Source: Paragordius varius (Eukaryota; Animalia; Nematomorpha). Taken from it: a DNA stretch of 64,000 nt. Below are positions 24,801 through 37,083 of this stretch, piece after piece (the stretch's first letter is position 1; the number at the start of each line of letters is the position of its first letter). Where the stretch lies: assembly GCA_964247055.1 (NCBI GenBank), contig OZ176051.1:9052001-9116000 (forward strand), read 5' to 3'. The notes under the pieces were generated by a model that worked only from the letters and a program-made list of their open reading frames with translations, searched no databases and was not told where the DNA came from. The translations under genes and the position numbers were made by a program.

Positions 24801-27800
24801 TATTATGATTAATTATTATTTTATGGGATATTTTCAAATAAATAGCTGAAAATCATACAAATAGGGTTTCTATAAAATCTTAGATCGAAATATGGCGTTT
24901 TTATTTTAACACACATAAAAGTCAATTTTTTTATGAAACTATAAATAATTTTATTAATTATTTACTAGCTAAACTTACTAATAAAATCTTAACATTTATA
25001 TTTATTCAGTGAAAAAACTTCTATATTAACATAAAACTAAAAAATATTGTTTTTTATTTTTTTATTTTTTTTTAACTGGTTTATGAGTGCATAAAAAACT
25101 AAACTCTCATTTTTGGAATCTTACATGAGTATGAGTTATAAAGTATATAGGTTATACATAATAGCATCTGAAAGTAGTGGAATATCAATCAACAATCCGT
25201 ATAAATTATTTTAACAGGTTTGTTTTAACCCAAAATAATATTTTTCTGCAATATGTACGGATATTTGGTTGAATTTCTACTACTTTTAAATCATATTTTA
25301 TATAAATTATATACTATATAACTCCCATTCATGTATTCCAAAATAAAACAGTTTTAATTTTTTATACACTCATATAGATGAAAAAAAAATCAAAAAATAA
25401 AAAACAATATTTTTAGTTTTATTTTATTAGAAGTTTTTTTTACTGAATAAAATATGAATGTTAAGATTATTAGTGAGTTTAGCTAGTAAATAATAAAAAA
25501 AATTATATCATAGTTTCATAAAATATTTAAAATTTTAAGTGTGTTAAAAAAACGCCATCTGATTTGAGATTTTATAAAAACTCTACTTATATGATTTTAA
25601 GCTATTTATTTAACGTAAATATCCCCTAAAATGATAATTAATCATAGTATCTCAACTTTTATCATTTTTTTGAATTATCCTAAATTATCCATAAATTTCA
25701 CTTTTTGCCCAATTTCGATTTTCTCTCAATATTTCGAAAACTAGGTTTTTAACAAATAAAAAAATTGCGGGAAATAAATTGGCTCGTTATAAGCTATCTC
25801 ATAAAAAAATTTTGTTAAAAATTTTTTTTGCACCCAGTGATATATCTAGTATGTTAAATTTCGGATAAATGATAATTTAATAGATAAGAGTATTTCTTCA
25901 CAAAATAAGGATCCGTAACCGCAATACATTACCAAAAACAAGTGGCAAGCTGATATAATACCTTTTTTGCTATTTTTGATAAATAAATTAAACGCTCAAA
26001 TTACTAGTTATAGTCATATAAGTGGAAATAATAGACATCGATCCAATATTTTATAATATTTGTTTATGAAGTTTCACAATGTTTATATCTAAATATCTAA
26101 TTTAATTAACTTTTTTGATATTAATTGTTATATACCGGGCGATTAAAATAAATATCTTAAAAATTTTAACATTGGGCCAAATATAAAAATAAGCTTGTTT
26201 TTAGACGCATGATACAAAAAAATTTTCTAAAATTAAATTTGTAAATAAATCCTTATCACAAATTTTATCGCCATCATTTTTTTATTTATTTAATTGAAAA
26301 CAACAGGCAATTAATGTATTTTATGGTTTAAAAATAAAACTAATAAACCTTTGGAAATTTTCATGCAATTTACAAGTCATTTTTTGTTATTTATGATATT
26401 ATCTCCTTTTCTTGAATACTTTGGACTATGAGGTGAAAACTGCTTAAAATTGTCAACACGTAAAAAAATGAAAATGCGATCAAGTCTTAAAAGCAAACTT
26501 TATATTATATTATCATTTGCGTAACACTCACAATCAGCTGTTTGACTCACGTTTTGCATTTAATTTTCTTATATGGCCATTGACACTTTCTTTTGGTTTA
26601 AACTTTAAAAACGTACAAACAGATCCTAGTGATTGACACACTCTGTATTAAATATATATATATATATATAGTTCAGATTCTTTCAACCACATAACGATAC
26701 ATTAAGAGTGGTAGAAGTTTATCCCAATTTAGCCATTGAAAGATTAATTAACAATAATCGTATCAAATATTTAACCCGTATTGAGTTTCGCATTCCAGGA
26801 AACGATGTCCATTATCTCCCTTTTTATCCGGAACCAATTAAAGTTATCATTACCGATTGTCATTCTTACCTAAGTATGATATTCATAATCTTATATAAAA
26901 TTTATTTATCAGATAAATGAATTGTGAATCCTAATAACTGGCAGTACTCCAATTATTTTGCATAAAACAAACTTAAATGCTTAATTCATATACTTTTAAA
27001 AAAGTCGATTTTTTAAATTTTTACACATAAATAAATGCCATAATATTACGCTCATAAAACCCTTAATAATTGGCGAAAATATCCTATTTTAAGTAATAAA
27101 TTTTTGAGTAATGATTTTAAAATTTATTACCATTGAATCCTAATCTACCCTTTAACTCTCTAATAAAATCAAAATATATTTCTACATTTGCAATAAATGG
27201 CATAAAAATTTTATATTGGTCTCCGAAATTCACTTAAATGGCGCTTCTATCTATAAGTTCTAAAACAACATCCATATATTATGTAAATTTTTTATACCTT
27301 ATGAACTGCTTACAGCTTATGATCAACTTTAAATTTATTTTTTTTAAATGAAGCGCGTCCCCTAATTTTTAGGATATTGAAAGCTAATGATTTATTCTAT
27401 TCAAAAATAGTAAAATTAGGGAATCTAAGTTTCCGAAAATCGGAACCGCAATTTTTGAGAAAATATCAATAAACAAGTAAAAAAAGGTTATTATATATTT
27501 GTAAATATCCACAGTTAATAACTGCGCTCGATTTATTTAAATTATTAATTTGAAAATTGAGATATGAATATTAGCATATAAAATTTAGAAATCATTAAAT
27601 GGAAATGGAAACATTTTTTGACTTAAATTAAAAAATACTTTAAAATGTTTTTTGCATATTTAATAGAATTTGAAAAATCTGGCCCACTGATTATGTATAA
27701 TGGCAGGGAAAAATATGGACGAAGTATTTTTTATTTTGATATAATGTCAGAATTTTTATTAGCGGCTGAGCATTTATGGTACCATAGCCAAATTATATGA

Positions 27801-28848
27801 TAAGCTTTACATTGAGAAGAAACTCGCATATCTTTATTCGAATAGTTTCCATATATGAAGTTTACTGCTAAGAAATAAGATCAAAAAAGTTTCGCGATTA
27901 GAGATATCATATTATAAACTGTTTCTTTAATTTTACCTTTTTTTAAAAAAAAAAAAATTATCGAAAAAGGTATAAATACGCGAGCGATAACATTTATTTT
28001 AATATTTCATATGGATATTAATATTTTAAAACTTTTTTTTCATCTGTAGTAAACTTTATGTACAAAAGATATCTTTGCGATTTGGTCAAAATGCCGGGAT
28101 ACTATAATTTTGTTAACAAACTAAACACGCTCATGTCTTGGTATAGGTCGGTACATTTCTATAAACTATATATTCATATTTATTATACATTAAAAATTGA
28201 GGTTATACAGACAAACCGTGGAAAATTAAAAGACAAATATTTTTTTCTGAAAGATACAACCATATTTTTATATGATTTTTAATGAGTAATATCTTTATGG
28301 GTCGCTATATAATATAGAGAAGTAAATTAGTAAAATGCCCAATTATAATATTTCAAAATTGTAATAATAGAGCTTATTTGGAAAATATTAAGGTAAGTAT
28401 GGTGGACGTTAAAAAACATATGACTTTTCATTTATACGTCTCAACCGTATATTTTAAATTTTTACTGTGAATTTGGTTTATCCTAAAACTTTTATTAAAT
28501 AAAGAAAGATTATATTTTAATAAAATTATTAAAAAATTAAAATACCAATTTTTTAGAAATGCAATATTAGAACCTTTTCAACAAAGGAGATCGAGGAAAA
28601 TAAATGTCCATATAAGAGCTAAAATGAAAATACGCAATATCATTGCGCCTCCACGCTATTATGACACATTTGATCTATGGTCTCATTACGGGCGAGAGTT
28701 TAAAATAAATTTAGAAATGTTTCCCAATTTAAACATTGCAGTTTCCTCCGATATGGTACTATGTTTTATCATGCCGTAAATATTGAGTATAAAACAATGT
28801 TAAATATGGTTTTATTTAAGGTTTTGGTATAAATATAGATTTTTATAT

Positions 28849-28899
<51 letters not shown>

Positions 28900-31775
28900 A
28901 ATCCTTATAGCATTAAACACTGTTTGCCCATGGAACCTAAAACATACTTAATTAACAGAACGGGATTTATTTTATCACGAGAGATTCGCATATTACGCAA
29001 GATATTTCTAAAATTATAATTTAAAAAATTATAACATTTTGGAGTTTTGATCCAAACCTTAATTATATAATTTTTATCATTCCATTTTCTTGTTTTGGGC
29101 GATGAATTTTGACTATCTCAGAATTGAGTATAAACTTTTGGAATTTTTCAGGGTGGACGTTATACTCTTTTTGGGGAACTAAAACAATCAATATTTTTTA
29201 ATTCAAACAATAGATGTATTCTTTCTTAATAAATAAAGACATAAACTCAATAATATATGGGGGAATATATTAATTTTAGCATTTAATTTAAAATTGTTGT
29301 AGGAACATATTTAACAATAGCATTTTTTTCGAATTTATATGGACCCAAAAGGTTAGGCCGCTTATCAGACTTCCCTAGTCTTTCTATAAATTTAATGAAA
29401 AAAATCATACATTGATTTATAAAATAATCTAAGTCTACTATTCTCGCTCCATTTTCCTCCATAAAAATATACATTTTAGAGTATATTGTTTCCTTTTTTA
29501 TTAATTCGTAAGGACTTAAATTGTATCCGTACATGTGAAGGCTTTAACACTAGCCGCCCAGGTCTACAGTGATGATAAAAAAAATTGTGTAGTTTTGGGG
29601 TTCCAACTCTGCGGCACACAGTGAGTCCGGCGCCCTTCCTACTATACTTCCTATATAAAAATTTATAAATGTACCAGCTATTTAATTCCGAACCGTTTTT
29701 GGTTGCCGTTTTGGTTAAATGTTAAATATCATTTTCTAATTCCGATTCCGGTTGATAATTTTTCAAATAGTAAATGGTAGACTTTCTGTCGTATTTTTAT
29801 TCAGTCAAATAGTTTTAATAATTTTAGTTGGTAATTTAAAATCGATAAACTAACAGAAAATCATCTCGAAATTTTAAAAATAAAAATTTAATTATTTTTT
29901 AGAAACCGTTTAGAACCGCGGCTTCCTTGCCAAAACCGGTTCCAAAACTGTTTATAAAATTTAGTCTGCAAAATGAATCCAAAAATGCTAATGATTGTTT
30001 CGGATCTAATCCTCCCAGGTTAGAACTCCCAAATTCAAAATTCATAATCATAAAATATAGATAATGAAATGACTAAATAACTTTAAATCATTGAATCAAA
30101 GGAGACATGATTGTCAACTTTGAAAGGGTATATAGAAGCCGTAAAGTTTAGATTAAAATTTTACCTTATTATACTTCATGTTCAAGAAATTTTACCTAAA
30201 TGAAATATATTAGGCTATTTGATTGTTTCTACTTATTTCTTTAGTAGCAAAATTTGAATTATAAACATTTTTCTTTAAAATAACTCTTAAATTATATTAT
30301 TGTATTACATTATCTAGATAACGCTTAGAATGAAACATTTTGCTGATGAAAACATGTGTTATGTAGAATTTCTTAATATAAAAACATTGGAAAAATACAC
30401 ATTTACGATGGAATTTAACTCAATGGTATATATTATGACTATCTTTAAAAAATGATATAAAGCAATTTATGGGATCAACTATATTTAATTTTTTTATAGA
30501 TATACAGCGCTTCTGGGTGGGACAAATGTACATATTTTAAATTTTTTTAGAAAAAACTGTAAAATATAGGGCTCACGTTGTATTTGACCCTAAAATCAAA
30601 AATAAAAATTAGTAAGCTGAAAAAAATTATCCGTAAAAAGATACGTTTAAAGTTTGCAGAATGAATAGATTACTGTGTATATCCTTTTTACAGTTTTTTA
30701 GTATTCTCATTAGAAAAATATTATACATTATTACTCTTTAGAAAATGGTGAGCCAAATAACCTTTTTACCAATATAAAATTTTTTAGTCTATTAACTAAG
30801 CGAAGAACCACTTACAATTCAGGAGGTGATAAACCTTCAAAATTAGGATTTATTTTAATTAATCCTAAATTTCTGGTTCCCAACAGTTTTTCATTGTAGA
30901 TATGGAGCAATTTATACAAAAACCTTAAATAAAGCATGGTATACCAATTAAAATTTATTTGTAATGTTTGGAAAGTATCATATTTTTGGGCTCAAGTAAA
31001 ATGACTCGTTTACCAATTAGAGCTCCCGACATGAAAGAACCTTTTTTCCAAATCTGCCTTTTTTAAAAAATTTATTTGGATTATGAAATCGCCAGTAGGA
31101 TGCCACGATTGAAACCAGAATCGAATTGGTTTCAAACCAATAACCGGTGCTAAAATTTTAGAAGTCCGCTCAGATTCCAAAACAAAATACACATCATAAC
31201 TTTAAAAAATTTTATGCAGTAAACCCTTTACAGTTCGAATTCACCCTTATACTATTTCACCCTTGAATTCAAATTCACTCTAAATTATCTGTTTTTTTAA
31301 GATTAAAAATTATCTATATTTTTTATATTTAAAAAAAAATAAAATTACGTTTAAAATTAATATAATACTGAAAAAATAAACTATGCCATAAGAATTATTT
31401 TGATGATGATAGTTATATTAGCCCGAAAACACATAATTTATATTTAGGGTGATTTTAAATTGTATAAGGGTAAATTAATTGTTCAAGGGTGAATTCGTAT
31501 TGTAAATGGTATATTAATAATTCAAGACATTTTGTCATAAAAAATACTTTATATTAATTTATTGTTTCATATTTTAGATATTTGTTAAACAAACAAGTCA
31601 AGGAGTAAATATTACCTGGGAATCTGTCGGATATCGCAGTTATAACGAATTTCGACCGGATAACATTATTACTAATGGATATTGTATACGAGGAGAAGCA
31701 TTTTCAACCCAGTTTTATTGGGAGCCCCAAAATGCTAGGATAACATTAATGCTACCCCTTATGCCTTGTAATTAA
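18829..31775 (+). CDS. Candidate multi-exon gene of unknown function (~400 aa, possibly secreted). Putative exons 18829-18892, 19160-19222, 19291-19351, 20071-20248, 20411-20450, 21710-21839, 22715-22807, 26677-26873, 28571-28755, 31578-31775
   Basis: Each segment is AG/GT-bounded, GC-richer than its surroundings and stop-free, and the splice phases chain consistently. The last exon ends ...PLMPCN* with aataaa at ~31808. No in-frame ATG found for the first segment. Donors at 21840 and 22808 are weak. No family recognised. Confidence 0.4.
23353..23806 (-). mobile_element. 5'-truncated, 5'-inverted RTE-clade LINE insertion with a 12-bp TSD
   Basis: Minus strand 23353-~23645: SLLGSLIRQKLSFVSHHMRANSLEKSLMLGKVSGARKRGRRRTRWMD followed by a (CAA)n tail. 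Plus strand ~23660-23806: LPKFLYGGERWALKKYDERLINSFELWVWIKLLQIIWTDK, the upstream RT segment, with one frameshift. TSD tttcaattattt at 23341-23352 and 23807-23818. Confidence 0.9.
24045..25839. mobile_element. Long fold-back non-autonomous element with Chapaev-like termini (family F1, copy 1)
   Basis: Starts cattgtgcaaaaaagagggtcattttgatttaacg and ends ttttttgcacccagtg. Excluding the nested hAT MITE, the element is an imperfect palindrome centred near 25220. Flanks tta/ata. Confidence 0.85.
24199..24748. mobile_element. hAT-type MITE (550 bp) nested in F1 copy 1
   Basis: TIR tagggttgt...acaacccta; perfect 8-bp TSD gtgaaaat (24191-24198 and 24749-24756); subterminal ggtcatgacc palindromes. The empty site is visible in the F1 copy at ~33520 (aaaaagtgaaaattatgg). 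Confidence 0.88.
28850..28897. repeat. (TA)n microsatellite, about 23 units
   Basis: Uninterrupted TA run directly visible. Confidence 0.95.
31223..31513. mobile_element. Small palindromic MITE, copy 2 (same family as 16104-16314)
   Basis: Shared ttcaccc/gggtgaa repeats and 3' end tgtaaatggtata. Confidence 0.7.
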
Positions 31776-32203
31776 ACGAATTGTATAAAAAAATATTATA
31801 CTGTTTAAATAAATTTTTTTGATGTATCGAAATAGCAGTACTTGTTTAAAGCAAAAGTTTTTTAAAATTATTACTTGGAATGAAATAAAGTACACAAACT
31901 AAGGAAATCGAATCTTTGTAAGTTGAATTATTACCAATGTACCTATACTAATGTTTCCGCGCAATCAATGTCTTTGAGAATACCACGTTTGATGATTTTT
32001 TTAATTCAAAATACATAAATTTAACGTAACTCTATCGATATAACCTGATCCGAACTTATAATTAATGAGAAATCCGAATAATTTTTGGTAGTGAATAGAG
32101 CTTTCATTTTATTAAATTTTGGATGATCAATTTTTTGTGGACTACTATGCATTGATTTATATATGTTTGACTATATTATACATTAAATAATTTTAGTGAA
32201 AAC

Positions 32204-33181
32204 TAGGGTTCTGAATTTGATCCCCTTTTTTGGGTAGGTCATACCATATGTTGTCAATAATCAATCTACATACATAAATACTTGATTAAATTACATAAAA
32301 AGGTTTTACATATAGTATATATTTTTTTAAAATTATACTTTCATCAATACTGATAATTTAAATTTCTACAATTGCCATATTATATTAAGGGATATTCTTT
32401 ATTAACCAAATTTCCAGCAGCCTTCATGTTCGCTATCGGTCATGGCATTAATTTTCCAATATCTTTATAATTGGTTCCATTATGTTATAGATATATTCGG
32501 CAGTCTTACTATGATAAGATGTGTCAATAGACCTAATAAAAAATGATTTTTGGAATAATTGGCCAATAATATTAATTATTACATCCTACGAATATTGGTA
32601 AACTTGACGATTAATGAAATATTATTATTACATATTCAATCAACTTCTATTTCTTCATAACATGAATCTAGTATTTCATTGAAAATTCGTTTTCTATTTG
32701 GAATAGCATAATATGGTTTTAAACTATGAATGAATCTCAGAAAATGTTTATTTTCATTTATGTTAAAAGTTGAGGGTGCAAAAATAAATTTTGCTAAATG
32801 TTTCTGGCTAATTTCTTCTTGAAAACAGAAATTTTAAGACTTTTTAGAAATTAAATAAGCTTGCTTTCGACCATCAACTTCTGTCATATAATTTATTTAA
32901 TAAACTTCTTTTAGATGTTTCTTCGTTCGGTTTTTATTTAAAATATAGTGTAATTGCATTTCTTGCGTGTAACTTGATTGATCGAAAAAATTCCACAAGA
33001 TTTTATTATGATTTAGGAAGTTAAGAAAAAATGTGTATCATATGATATTTAAAGCAATACAATCCATATATAAATAGGTTTTGTTTTCCTAAAAATTGTA
33101 AAATTAAAAAAATAAAAAATTGACCTAGGTCATTTTTTTCTTGGTTGTGACCATAAGTCATTGACTAATGGGACAACCCTA
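32204..33181 (-). mobile_element. Internally deleted hAT element with a DUF659-type transposase remnant
   Basis: Termini tagggtt...acaacccta (same as the 24199 MITE); degenerate 8-bp TSD gtgaaaac/gtagaaac. Minus strand ~32900-32350 gives, across frameshifts, SIDTSYHSKTAEYIYNIMEPIIKDIGK...ANMKAAGNLVNKEYP, matching the hAT DUF659 pattern. Confidence 0.7.
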
Positions 33182-33361
33182 GTAGAAACCAATTCTCACT
33201 TTTTAAATTACACCCATTGAAACAAAAAAATATAACGTATATAAATACGCGGAAAAAATAGATTGCTCAATATTTGTTTTTATCTTTTCTAAATTATTTT
33301 TTTTTAAATAAAATACCAATTATATTTGATTTTGATAATATATAATATTTTTCTACTTATA

Positions 33362-33745
33362 CACAGTGCGCCACCAAATATATATAAGGGTCATTTTGAT
33401 TTAACGAAAAAATTTTTTTTTTCATGAGATAGCTTATGACGAGTGAATTCATTTGCCACCAAAATTATTATTTAAGAAACCTAGTTTTTGAAATATTGAG
33501 AGACGAAATCGGGCAAAAAGTGAAAATTATGGAAAATTAAGGATAATTCAAAAAGTATTGTTAAAATTTGAGACATTATGATTTATTATCATTTTAGGAT
33601 ATATTTTCTATATATAAATAGCCCAAAATCAGATAGTTAGTAATATGAATCGTGATGAAAATACAAAACAATAATAATTTATTAAGAATTTCGTGATATT
33701 TATACTTTTTAATTAATGATAAAAGTGCTCAACAAGGTTTTGCAC
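33362..33745 (+). mobile_element. F1 fold-back family, truncated copy
   Basis: cacagtg start, then gggtcattttgatttaacgaaaaa...catgagatagcttatgac, as in the other F1 copies. Confidence 0.7.
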
Positions 33746-33774
33746 CACCCCATTATATTTGCATTATCTGATAC

Positions 33775-34298
33775 CTAATGGCATGGAAAGGCCAAAACAA
33801 AAAAGAAAATTGAGGCCATCAATAGGATATTTCCGAAATTTAATTTTTAAATTTGTATTTAATTCAAAAATAACAATCATTCCTCGTGTACATATGTTTA
33901 AATATTCAAACGAACAAGTCGATACAAGTAATATTCCATGCATGAATAACAAAATTCTAGGCATTAAATAAAATACTAAACAAGCTAAGAGCCAAAGTAT
34001 TAAAAATCTAAAAGGGGCTTATGTATAGTGTGATAGATCCGGGCGGCTGCACAAGCTCTGCATATCCCCCAAGCGATCCAATTATGCCAGATATGGTAAA
34101 GATAACAATAAGTAATTGTAAAGCCCGATAAGAGAGACTTGCAAGCAAAATCCAGGCAAATTGACATGTCAAATTAACCAATTCACAGAATAAAGTTAGA
34201 TAAATTCTACAATTAAATTGAATAAAAAGATTAGGTAAATACAAATGGTCCAATCCCATAATAGTAAATTCTACTAAAAGTGGCTACACAAAATCCAT
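33775..34298 (-). pseudogene. Decayed multi-pass membrane-protein exon, NRF-6/acyltransferase-3 (OAC)-like
   Basis: AG/GT-bounded block with a stop and frameshifts. HLYLPNLFIQFNC...NLTCQFAWILL...LLIVIFTISGII...YISPF-RFLILWLL parallels the NRF-6 order LLYxNN..C..WYL..DxQ...YxxPxxR. Motif recall only. Confidence 0.45.
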
Positions 34299-34860
34299 CT
34301 GAAATTAAAAATACAAAACAACCAATAATTTTAAAAAATAAAGTATATCCACTAGGTATAAATAAATGATTTTTTGTAAGAACCAACTCAAGAAAAAAAG
34401 CCTAATAAGTACTCGAAAGAACGAAAACTTACAAAAAAAATATAGCCTGTCTGAAAGCCGAAGGTTTAAACCATAGAATGCCTTTTTTAGTATTTTTTAA
34501 AAAATTTTTTATACGTAATTCACTTGAAAGAAAAAGACTAGATTTTGACGTTTAAGTCCGAACTATTTTTTTCTCTCTGATATTTAAATGACATATTTAT
34601 ATTCAAAAGATAGAGTTCAAAACGCTTTATTAAATGATATTAAGTTTATAATTTAATAACATTTTATTATAAAGTTATATTTAATTTTCTCTCGATTTTC
34701 TCTTGTTTTTGAAAAATTGAAAAACCTATAATATTTCAAAATTCTGATTGGCGGGATCAAAAAATTTTTCACATTCGGTTTTAAACACTGAAATTAGTCA
34801 TAATTTAAATGTTTGAGTGGTGGTGCTCAAAAATGTCCAAATTTGTCGACTAGTGTTAAT

Positions 34861-35441
34861 GATTATATTTTGTCGATATTTGGATTTAAATGAGTCTACC
34901 AGTTTTCCGGTTCCAGATCACAAAGCCACATGTTGAATCAGTTTTTAGCGGGTAGCTCCTTACCCAGCAGCTATCATCAAAAAAACGCTTGACTAAAATT
35001 TTTGACTTTTATCAGGGAATACGTGGAATCTATATTGAATGTTTACAGTCTCATACCTTGGGCAAAAAAATACAATCAAAATATTATTTTTGTGGACTTT
35101 GTTTTTTGAAAAAAATGGTATTTTACGGGAGGAGCGGGTAAAAACAGGGCCTAAATCAAAAAAGCGAGGCGACTATGTTCGGCGCAATCGAAAATAAGTA
35201 AACAAAAATCATATTTGAAATTGAATAGTCCAACACGTTCTCCAGAAAATTGTCTCAAAGACACGAGTTATGTGGACTTATGTTTTCAAAAAAAACGCGT
35301 TTTTACACGGGGTAGGCCCGAACTGGGGGCCTATATCAAAAAAAGGTTGAAGCTATTGTCGGGGCATTCATTAATGATTATATTTTTTCGAAGTTTGGAT
35401 ATGAATAGGTCTACCGGTTTTCCGGTACAGATCACAAAGCC
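34861..35441 (+). repeat. Repeat family R1, copy 2, bounded by ~65-bp direct repeats
   Basis: gattatattt...tctacc.gttttccggt.cagatcacaaagcc at 34861-34927 and 35376-35441. The interior matches 3845-4302. Confidence 0.8.
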
Positions 35442-36321
35442 AGCATTTTCCATTTTTATAAATATATAGATTATATAGAAAGCACAAAGCTTATGGATAT
35501 CGAAATGGTAAAGGCAATTAAAATACTGGAAAAAAAGTTTTTTTAATTTTTCTGCTATTAGTTAAAATGAAATGATCGCATTTTTATCACACAGCTCGAA
35601 TAATATAAATATGAATACAATGCCAAATATTTGTTAAATTTATCATAAAATGCAAAAAATTTATTGAAAAAGATTATATAATTTTTTAAAGATTCACAAG
35701 TTGGTCTTAAACTTAAATATAATAAACCTGATGTTATGCGGTAAAAAATTTATTATCTAAATCGATAATTTACCCAATATATCGCATTGAAAAATGATTG
35801 AGCCTTACATGAAAAAAGAAATTTATAATTTTCATCAAAGCGGAGGTAGTCTTTAATTTTTACAAAACATCCAGTATACAGATAAATATTTTCTTATACA
35901 TATTGATGCAGAATAAACATCAACTAAGGTTTTTGATTTAAAGAATTTTTCATCTGAAAATGGTGATTTATTCGCCATTTTGGCTTTTACGGCTTTTGGG
36001 GAATTTATATCAAAAAAAATTTATTTTTTTATTCAAGACTAAGATAATATTTTAAGGCCAAAGGTGTCGTAGAAAAATCTAGGGGGGTTGAAAAATAAAG
36101 ATACAAATTGAAGGTCAGGGAACTAAGGTGCAAATTATCAAGATTTGTCCCCAATATGGAAAATATTTAACGATTGCGGATACAAGGATTTTATTGATTA
36201 TGATTTTTATATAAAAATAAATTTTAAATTTTTATCTTGTTTTTTTGGGAGGCAAAGGGGGCGCAGGATTTTTTTTATTTTGGTGGGGTGTTGCAGTGGG
36301 AACCACTGTTGCCTATATATA

Positions 36322-37075
36322 CACTGTGTGAAAATAAGAGGGTTAATTTTTTTTGACAAAAATTTTTTTTCATGGATAGCTTATGATCAGCGAATTTATT
36401 TGCCGCAAAAATTTTTATTTGTTGACGACCTAATTTTTGAAATATTGAGATCCCTGTAACAAGTCTGTTTGAAGACAAATTAATATTTTTATTGCGATTG
36501 ATATCGATTGTTGGTTGATATTACACTACTTTTAAATCCTATTTTGCATAAATTATATACTTAATAATTCCCACTCATGCAAGATTCTAATAAACAGTAT
36601 AAATATTTTACACTCATAAACCAGATGACAAAAAAATGCAAAAAAAACAATTTTGGTTTTATTAAGATATGTAAGTTTTTTTACTGAATAAAATATAAAT
36701 GTTAAATTTTAATAGTGAGTTTACGTAGTAAATAATTAAAAAAAATTATTTTAATATTTGATTTAAAATATTTTGTCTTTTAAGTGTGTTAAAAGAAAAA
36801 CACCTTTGGGCTGATATTTTATAGAAACCCTAGCTATATGATTTTAGGCTATTTATATATCCTAAATATATCCTAAATGATAATAAACCATAATTCAAAT
36901 TTTATCATTATTTTTTAAATCATCCATAATTTTCACTTTTGCTCGATTTCAATTTCTCTCAATATTTCAAAAACTAAGTTGTCAACAAATAAAAATATTT
37001 GCGGCAAATGAATACGCTGGTCATAAGCTATCTCATGAAAAAAACAATTTTTGATTTAAATTTTTTTGCACATTG
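36322..37075. mobile_element. F1 fold-back family, copy with a deleted left arm
   Basis: cactgtgtgaaaataagaggg start and tttttttgcacattg end. The right arm matches 25250-25839 and 58660-59235. Confidence 0.8.
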
Positions 37076-37083
37076 TACATATA

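Noticed and set aside
29283-29534. 83-aa minus-strand ORF
   Set aside because: No recognisable motif; may be retroelement debris or a chance ORF.
29153-30825. Exon-like segments at ~29153, ~30499 and ~30742-30825
   Set aside because: They have plausible splice sites, but no combination I tried keeps the frame between the 28571 and 31578 exons, so they were left out of the model.
34008-34259. Class A GPCR TM3-like reading of the 83-aa ORF
   Set aside because: No DRY/ERY motif and no TM6/TM7 motifs. The flanking motif order fits NRF-6/OAC better, though neither call is proven.
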